This document shows, one piece after another, positions 59,075 to 64,000 of a DNA stretch of 64,000 bases. The first letter of the stretch is position 1. Every line of letters begins with the position of its first letter. Source of the stretch: an uncultured Bacilli bacterium (GTDB lineage Bacteria > Bacillota_I > Bacilli_A > RF39 > UBA660); assembly GCA_934086935.1 (NCBI GenBank), contig CAKOIQ010000004.1, forward strand, positions 8,117 to 72,116. The letters are read 5' to 3'. The notes beneath the pieces are model-generated. The model did no database searches and had not been told where the DNA came from. It was given only the letters and a program-made list of their open reading frames with translations. The position numbers were made by a program, and so were the translations under genes.

Positions 59075-59667
59075 TGGAATTTAATGATGAAAAATTAATT
59101 ACCATGTTTTCAGAAAATGATGAAGATGCCAAAAACACTTTATATGATAAGTATAGTTATATAATTTCTATAATTATATCTAAATACAAAAGAACAATAT
59201 ATGCGTTAGGAATTGATATATCAGAAGTTAAACAAGAAGCAATGTTAGCTTTTACAGATGCTCTAATTAAATATTCATCAGATAAAAGCACATCTCTTCC
59301 AACTTTTATTTCTTTAGTAGTTGAACGAAAAATTCAAAATTGTATTCGCAAAGCTGAAACAACAAAAAACAAAGTTAACACTGAAGCCTATAGTCTAGAG
59401 GCAGAATATGAAGCATTTAAAAGACCTTTAGAAGAAATATTAGGCGATAGTTCCCTAGATCCTTTACATAAAATGGAAAGCGAAGAAAGATTAGAAGAAT
59501 TAACTAAAAAAATAAATGATGATTTATCACCATTTGAAAAAGACGTTTATGAATTAGTTATTAATGGTTTTGGATATCAAGATATCGCTAAGATATTAAA
59601 TAAAGAACCTAAACAAATAGATAATACTATTCAAAGAATACGCAATAAGATAAAAGATTTATTATGA
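59074..59667 (+). CDS. sigH: Sigma-70-family sigma factor, SigH-like
   Basis: Region 2 (EVKQEAMLAFTDALIKYS) and region 4 HTH (GFGYQDIAKILNKEPKQIDNTIQRIRNK). Position between rlmB and secE matches the Bacillus order. Confidence 0.65.
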   Translation: MEFNDEKLITMFSENDEDAKNTLYDKYSYIISIIISKYKRTIYALGIDISEVKQEAMLAFTDALIKYSSDKSTSLPTFISLVVERKIQNCIRKAETTKNKVNTEAYSLEAEYEAFKRPLEEILGDSSLDPLHKMESEERLEELTKKINDDLSPFEKDVYELVINGFGYQDIAKILNKEPKQIDNTIQRIRNKIKDLL

Positions 59668-59769
59668 TAAGTAATAAATCTTTTTACTTGATTTATAATA
59701 ATAAATGTGTTATATTACATTTAAGCACGAAACGGTGTTTTTTATTTGAAAAAAAATGAGGTGTAAAAA

Positions 59770-60036
59770 ATGGCAAAAACTAAAGAAGAAACTAAAAAAA
59801 GCGAACCTAAAAAAGTTCAAAAGAAAAATGTGAAAAAAAGCAAAAAAACGGTTACTCCTAAGAAATCATTTTCTAAAGAAGTAAAAACTGAGTTAAAAAA
59901 GGTTAAATGGCCAAGTAAAGAAGAAATGCTTAAATATAGCATTGCTACTTTAGCATTTATAATTATATTTGGTTTATACTTTTACGGTCTAGATGCATTA
60001 TTCGCATGGATTAGTTCATTAGTAAAGGGGTTATAA
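59770..60036 (+). CDS. secE: Preprotein translocase subunit SecE with Lys-rich N-terminal extension
   Basis: C-terminal EVKTELKKVKWPSKEEMLKYSIATLAFIIIFGLYFYGLDALFAWI; directly upstream of nusG. Confidence 0.8.
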   Translation: MAKTKEETKKSEPKKVQKKNVKKSKKTVTPKKSFSKEVKTELKKVKWPSKEEMLKYSIATLAFIIIFGLYFYGLDALFAWISSLVKGL

Positions 60037-60039
60037 TAA

Positions 60040-60579
60040 ATGGAAAAAGAATGGTATGTTGTTAACACATATAGTGGACACGAATCAAAAGTTAAAGAAA
60101 AATTAGAAATGCGTACAGAATCAATGGGATTTCAAGATTATATCTTTAGAATTATTATCCCAGAGGAAACTGTTAAAGAAACAATGAAAGATGGAAGCAT
60201 TAAAGAAAAAACTAAAAAAATGTTTCCTGGATATATTTTAGTAGAAATGATTATGACAGATGAAGCATGGTATATTGTAAGAAATACACCAGGAGTAACT
60301 GGCTTCATCGGATCAAGTGGAAAAGGTGCTAAACCAACTCCATTAAAGCCTCAAGAAATAGATAAAATATTAGCTAATATGGGAATGACAAGAATGGATG
60401 TTGATAAAGAATTAACTGTTGGAACAAGAGTTTCAATTGTTGATGGACCATTCAAAGGTATGGAAGGTGTTATTGATAATCTTGATATTGAAAATAGTAG
60501 ATTAACCGTTTTAATTGACCTATTCGGACAAGAAACACCTGTTGAAGTAGAACTATTCCAAGTATCAGCAATTAAATAA
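60040..60579 (+). CDS. nusG: Transcription termination/antitermination factor NusG
   Basis: WYVVNTYSGHE, FPGYILVEM, KOW (VGTRVSIVDGPFKGMEGVI). Confidence 0.95.
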   Translation: MEKEWYVVNTYSGHESKVKEKLEMRTESMGFQDYIFRIIIPEETVKETMKDGSIKEKTKKMFPGYILVEMIMTDEAWYIVRNTPGVTGFIGSSGKGAKPTPLKPQEIDKILANMGMTRMDVDKELTVGTRVSIVDGPFKGMEGVIDNLDIENSRLTVLIDLFGQETPVEVELFQVSAIK

Positions 60580-60609
60580 AGTTTAATGGTTCTCATTAAA
60601 CTTTTTTTA
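60579..60609 (+). terminator. Intrinsic terminator after nusG
   Basis: aagtttaatg / cattaaactt perfect 10-bp stem, 5-nt loop, T7. Confidence 0.85.
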
Positions 60610-60638
60610 TGTTAATATAATTATAACGGAGGTGTATA

Positions 60639-61058
60639 ATGAGAAACAAATCCGTATTGACGTTAATGTTTAATATATATGGTAAACCTAAAATAGATTG
60701 GATGGGTTACGGAGTAACACCAGATAATACTTTAACATATCATCACATTATTAAAGTAGAAGATGGTGGCGATGCAAGCATTGAAAATGGAGCAATTTTA
60801 ACTTCAAGAGCTCATTCGAGACTACATTCAATTGAAGTGTTAGATCCAAAATTATATGAAGAATATCAATATTGGTTTCGTTTAATAAATGACATGCAAT
60901 GTCCTCCAACCTTTGAAGTAATGCAAATAATGTATAATTTAAAAGATAGATTAGAATATGATATTTCCAATAAAAAACAAATAAAAGAACAAAATAGAAG
61001 TTTAGTAATGAAACCCAAAGAAAAAAATCCTAATAAAAAATCCCCAAATAATACTTGA
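60639..61058 (+). CDS. Small HNH-motif protein (putative HNH nuclease fold) with Lys/Asn-rich tail
   Basis: YHHIIKVEDGGDASIENGAILTSRAHSRLH = HH-x6-GG-x5-N-x8-H-x3-H (60741-60827). Own TATAAT 60616-21 and GGAGGTG RBS. Confidence 0.45.
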   Translation: MRNKSVLTLMFNIYGKPKIDWMGYGVTPDNTLTYHHIIKVEDGGDASIENGAILTSRAHSRLHSIEVLDPKLYEEYQYWFRLINDMQCPPTFEVMQIMYNLKDRLEYDISNKKQIKEQNRSLVMKPKEKNPNKKSPNNT

Positions 61059-61118
61059 AAACCTAGTAAAGTTGTGATATTATCTTAACTGCAATTATAT
61101 ATTTTTTATATAAATGCA

Positions 61119-61153
61119 AGTGGAGGGGAATGCGGATTAGCCCATATACCACT
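61119..61153 (+). promoter_or_regulatory. Hairpin in the rplK-rplA leader (possible L1-binding autoregulatory site)
   Basis: agtgg...ccact outer stem enclosing gggg...ccc, about 30 nt upstream of the rplK start. The functional assignment is inference only. Confidence 0.25.
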
Positions 61154-61182
61154 AAGCGAAAATATGAAAGGATGTGTTTTTC

Positions 61183-61770
61183 GTGGCAAAAGAAGTCGTA
61201 AAAAGAATTAAATTACAAATTCCTGCTGGTAAAGCTACACCTGCACCACCAGTTGGTACAGTTTTAGGCCCTGCTGGAATTAATTTACAAGAGTTCTGTA
61301 CAAAATTTAATGATGCTTCTAAAGATAAGATGGGAGATATTCTACCTGTAGATATTTCTATTTATGATGATCGTTCATTCGATTTTGTATTAAAAACTCC
61401 ACCAGCTGCATTCTTATTAAAGAAAGCTGCCAAAATTCAAAAAGCATCTAAAAAAGGTGCTAACGAAGTAGTAGCAACTATTACACAAGATGAATTACGT
61501 AAGATTGCAGAAATGAAAATGCCAGATCTTAACGCTTATACTATTGAAGCAGCAATGAGTATCATTGAAGGAACTGCTCGTAACATGGGTATAGCTGTTA
61601 AAGGTTTAAATGATGCCGAATTAGCAGAACAAGCTAAAGAAGCAGCTGAAGAAGAAAGAGAAATGGCAAAAAGAGACGCTGAACTTGCAGAAATGGAAGA
61701 ATCAATTGCAAAAACTTCTACTGAAGTTGAAGTTATTGGCGAAAATAAAGAAGAAAAAGAAGAAAATTAA
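61183..61770 (+). CDS. rplK: 50S ribosomal protein L11 with acidic C-terminal extension
   Basis: (M)[24 protein letters not shown]...TARNMGIAV core. GTG 61183 gives the canonical N-terminus, while the track start GTG 61174 adds MFF. An extra tail of about 55 aa follows the core. Confidence 0.9.
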   Translation: MAKEVVKRIKLQIPAGKATPAPPVGTVLGPAGINLQEFCTKFNDASKDKMGDILPVDISIYDDRSFDFVLKTPPAAFLLKKAAKIQKASKKGANEVVATITQDELRKIAEMKMPDLNAYTIEAAMSIIEGTARNMGIAVKGLNDAELAEQAKEAAEEEREMAKRDAELAEMEESIAKTSTEVEVIGENKEEKEEN

Positions 61771-61805
61771 TTATCCGCAATTAACCACGATTGGAGGGAA
61801 ATATA

Positions 61806-62504
61806 ATGAAAAAACTAGGAAAGAAATATGTGGAAGCTTCTAGCAAAGTTGATAAAACTAAAGTTTATGACTTAGCCGAAGCAATAGAATTAGTAAAAAA
61901 TACAAGTATTACTAAATTCGATAGCTCTGTTGAAGTAGCTATGAACCTTAATATTGATACTAAAAAATCAGATCAACAATTAAGAGGTTCAATCGTACTA
62001 CCTAACGGAACAGGTAAATCAAAAAAAATCTTAGTTCTAGCAAAAGGTGCTGCTGCTACTGAAGCAAAAGAAGCAGGTGCTGACTTCGTTGGAGATCAAG
62101 ATTTAATTGATAAAATTTCTAATGAAAACTGGTTTGATTATGATGTAATTATTGCTACACCAGAAATGATGCCAGCTTTAGGTAAAATTGGTAAAGTTTT
62201 AGGACCAAAAGGATTAATGCCTAACCCTAAAACTGGAACAGTAACAACAACTCCTGCTAAAGCAGTAGAAGATGTTAAAAAAGGTATGGTAGAATACCGT
62301 GCTGATTCATTAGGAAACATTCACGGAGTAATTGGTAAAGTTTCATTCAATGAAAAAGCTTTACAAGAAAACTTAACATATTTTGTAAATACAATTTTAA
62401 AGAATAAACCTAAAACAGTTAAGGGAACATTCGTAAAAAGTATTTCAATTTGTACAACTATGGGTCCTGGAATTAAACTAAATATAAATTCTTTTGACAA
62501 ATAG
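61806..62504 (+). CDS. rplA: 50S ribosomal protein L1
   Basis: MKKLGKKYVEA..., LPNGTGKSKKILV, GPKGLMPNPK.GTVT. GGAGGG RBS favours ATG 61806. Confidence 0.95.
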   Translation: MKKLGKKYVEASSKVDKTKVYDLAEAIELVKNTSITKFDSSVEVAMNLNIDTKKSDQQLRGSIVLPNGTGKSKKILVLAKGAAATEAKEAGADFVGDQDLIDKISNENWFDYDVIIATPEMMPALGKIGKVLGPKGLMPNPKTGTVTTTPAKAVEDVKKGMVEYRADSLGNIHGVIGKVSFNEKALQENLTYFVNTILKNKPKTVKGTFVKSISICTTMGPGIKLNINSFDK

Positions 62505-62583
62505 TAAAATATGTAGTATATTAAATTCGTTAAAAAAACTTTTTATCCGAAGAAAGCAGGGGCAAAAGCTTAATAATCCTGCC

Positions 62584-62632
62584 GAGGAAAGCATAGAAAA
62601 CAACTATAACTTTCCTCATGGAAAGTTTTTTT
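62584..62632 (+). promoter_or_regulatory. rplJ (L10) leader attenuator: two mutually exclusive hairpins, the second a terminator
   Basis: A: gaggaaag (62584-91) / ctttcctc (62610-17). B: aactttcc (62608-15) / ggaaagtt (62620-27) followed by T-run. A and B share 62610-15. Confidence 0.55.
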
Positions 62633-62656
62633 ATAAAAAAACAAAGGAGGAAGAAT

Positions 62657-63148
62657 ATGGCAAGTGAAAAAATTCTTAACGCAAAAAAAGAAGTAGTTAA
62701 TGAAATTGCTGATAAAATCAAAAATTCTGAATCAGTAGTATTATTTTCATACCAAGGATTAACAGTTGCTGATATGGCTGAATTAAGAAATAAACTTAAA
62801 GAAGCAAATGGCGAAGTTAAAATTTATAAGAATACCTTAGTAAAAAGAGCTACAGATGAAATGAATTTAGATATGGCAAATGTGCTTGAAGGACCAAATG
62901 CTATTATATTTGGTAAAGAATTATTAGAACCTATTAAGGTTTTATCAAAATTCACAAAAACACATAAATGTGCCGAAATTCGTTCAGGAATCATTAATGG
63001 TGAAGTTGTTGGTGTTGATACCATCAATGAATATGCTAGTATTCCATCAATGGAAGGCTTACTTACTATGCTTGCAGGTGGTATGATAGAACACGTTAAA
63101 AATCTATCTATAGCATTAAATTTATATGCTGAAGGATTAGAAAAGTAA
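62657..63148 (+). CDS. rplJ: 50S ribosomal protein L10
   Basis: MASEKILNAKKEVVNEI...; AAAGGAGG RBS 7 nt upstream. Track start 62618 lies inside the leader terminator. Confidence 0.95.
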   Translation: MASEKILNAKKEVVNEIADKIKNSESVVLFSYQGLTVADMAELRNKLKEANGEVKIYKNTLVKRATDEMNLDMANVLEGPNAIIFGKELLEPIKVLSKFTKTHKCAEIRSGIINGEVVGVDTINEYASIPSMEGLLTMLAGGMIEHVKNLSIALNLYAEGLEK

Positions 63149-63173
63149 TTTAAAAAGAAAGGAAAAAGAGAAA

Positions 63174-63539
63174 ATGGCTAAAATTACAAAAGAAGATTTT
63201 ATTAATTCATTAAAAGAAATGACTATTCTTGAAGTTAAAGAATTAGTTGACGCTATGAAGGAGGAATTCGGAGTAGATCCATCTGCTGTAGCTGTTGCTG
63301 CTGCACCTGCTGCTGCTGTTGAAGAAGGACCTTCTACAAAAACTGTTGTATTAAAAGATGCTGGAGCTGCTAAAATCCAAGTTATCAAAGTAATTCGTGA
63401 AATTACAGGATTAGGATTAGTAGAAGCTAAAGGCGTTGCTGACAATGGTGGAAACATTAAAGAAAATGTTTCAGTTGACGAAGCAAACGAAATTAAAGCT
63501 AAATTAGAAGAAGCTGGAGCTACTGTAGAATTAGCTTAA
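63174..63539 (+). CDS. rplL: 50S ribosomal protein L7/L12
   Basis: Ala-rich hinge AVAVAAAPAAAVEE, C-terminal domain KIQVIKVIREITGLGLVEAK. Confidence 0.95.
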   Translation: MAKITKEDFINSLKEMTILEVKELVDAMKEEFGVDPSAVAVAAAPAAAVEEGPSTKTVVLKDAGAAKIQVIKVIREITGLGLVEAKGVADNGGNIKENVSVDEANEIKAKLEEAGATVELA

Positions 63540-63540
63540 T

Positions 63541-63567
63541 AAAAAAACCTTTTAAGGTTTTTTTATT
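63541..63567 (+). terminator. Intrinsic terminator after rplL
   Basis: aaacct / aggttt stem, 4-nt loop, T-run. Confidence 0.7.
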
Positions 63568-63633
63568 TGCTATATTTAATTTTATAAAGTATAATTATTA
63601 TATAATTGATAAAATCAATAAAGAGGGATTATT

Positions 63634-63795
63634 ATGAAATTAAATAAAAAAGGTTGGGGTTTTACCATGATGGCATTTCTTATGACCATATTAATTTGCG
63701 CATTATTCTTTGCAATATATTATATTTATAAATTTTATCAGAATGTTCCAGTGAATTTAGTAAATAATATAGTAAGCATAAAAGAGGTAAAGTAA
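63634..63795 (+). CDS. Small membrane protein (53 aa) with prepilin-like N-terminus
   Basis: MKLNKKGWGFTMMAFLMTILICALFF...; RBS AGAGGG. Resembles the K-G-F-T class III signal but has no Glu at +5. Confidence 0.35.
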   Translation: MKLNKKGWGFTMMAFLMTILICALFFAIYYIYKFYQNVPVNLVNNIVSIKEVK

Positions 63796-63796
63796 A

Positions 63797-64000
63797 ATGA
63801 AAAAAATATTAACAATTTGGATAATAGTAGCAGTAATATTAGTTGGTACTTTAACAACATTTGGAATAATGATAAAAAATCAAGATAAAGATTATAAAAA
63901 TCTTGAAAATAAAATACAATTTGAAGCACAAAGTTATTATGGTGCTAAACCAATCGAATTAAAAGATGGCGCATATATTTCAATATCAGACCTAAAAAAA
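63797..64000 (+). CDS. Membrane-anchored protein, 5' part (continues beyond window)
   Basis: MKKILTIWIIVAVILVGTLTTFGIMIKNQDKDYKNLE... is open to the window end and starts 1 nt after the preceding stop. Confidence 0.35.
   Translation, partial: MKKILTIWIIVAVILVGTLTTFGIMIKNQDKDYKNLENKIQFEAQSYYGAKPIELKDGAYISISDLKK

Noticed and set aside
62618-62656. Track start codons for rplJ (62618), rplA (61791), rplK (61174), uvrA (51058), ligA (33686), the RNB gene (30305), gerQ (21168) and several others.
   Set aside because: Each lies upstream of or inside the evident RBS, promoter or leader terminator, and adds non-homologous residues. A downstream ATG/GTG with proper SD spacing reproduces the canonical N-terminus.

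Overview
Very AT-rich bacterial chromosome segment that reads under the standard code 11. About 70 genes are present and all but three (lemA, gerQ-like, RNB exoribonuclease) lie on the + strand. Gene order looks like the origin-proximal housekeeping region of a low-GC Bacillota genome: NifS-like/TtcA-like pair, prfB with its programmed +1 frameshift, rpsF-ssb-rpsR, rplI-dnaB, yycJ-like/rlmH, ung, T-box-controlled lysS and pheST, pcrA-ligA, truA, dusB, uvrA, lgt, then mrnC-rlmB-sigH-secE-nusG-rplK-rplA-rplJ-rplL. cwlD-like, gerQ-like and sigH-like genes suggest an endospore former. I saw no rRNA, tRNA, CRISPR array, transposase, integrase or prophage module. No clear multi-gene defence island is visible. 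The accessory or odd loci that deserve a second look are: (1) a collagen-like (GXT)n protein gene 5 nt upstream of a GT2+TPR glycosyltransferase, with a sigma-K-like promoter match; (2) two intact but catalytically degenerate EcfA-like ABC ATPase genes in the ecfA1-ecfA2-ecfT slot upstream of truA, with no EcfT; (3) a lone Abi_2/HEPN gene read through into htrA; (4) a small HNH-motif gene between nusG and rplK; (5) ribosomal protein L11 with a roughly 55-aa acidic C-terminal tail; (6) a thioredoxin-reductase homolog lacking both NADPH-binding motifs; (7) two T-box leaders whose terminator arms flank the antiterminator instead of sharing a strand with it; (8) a divergent pair of a diverged RNB exoribonuclease and an XRE regulator fused to an ImmA-like domain whose HExxH is replaced. 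All protein calls come from motif recognition by eye; no database search was possible. Several start codons were moved from the ORF-track starts on RBS and promoter evidence.
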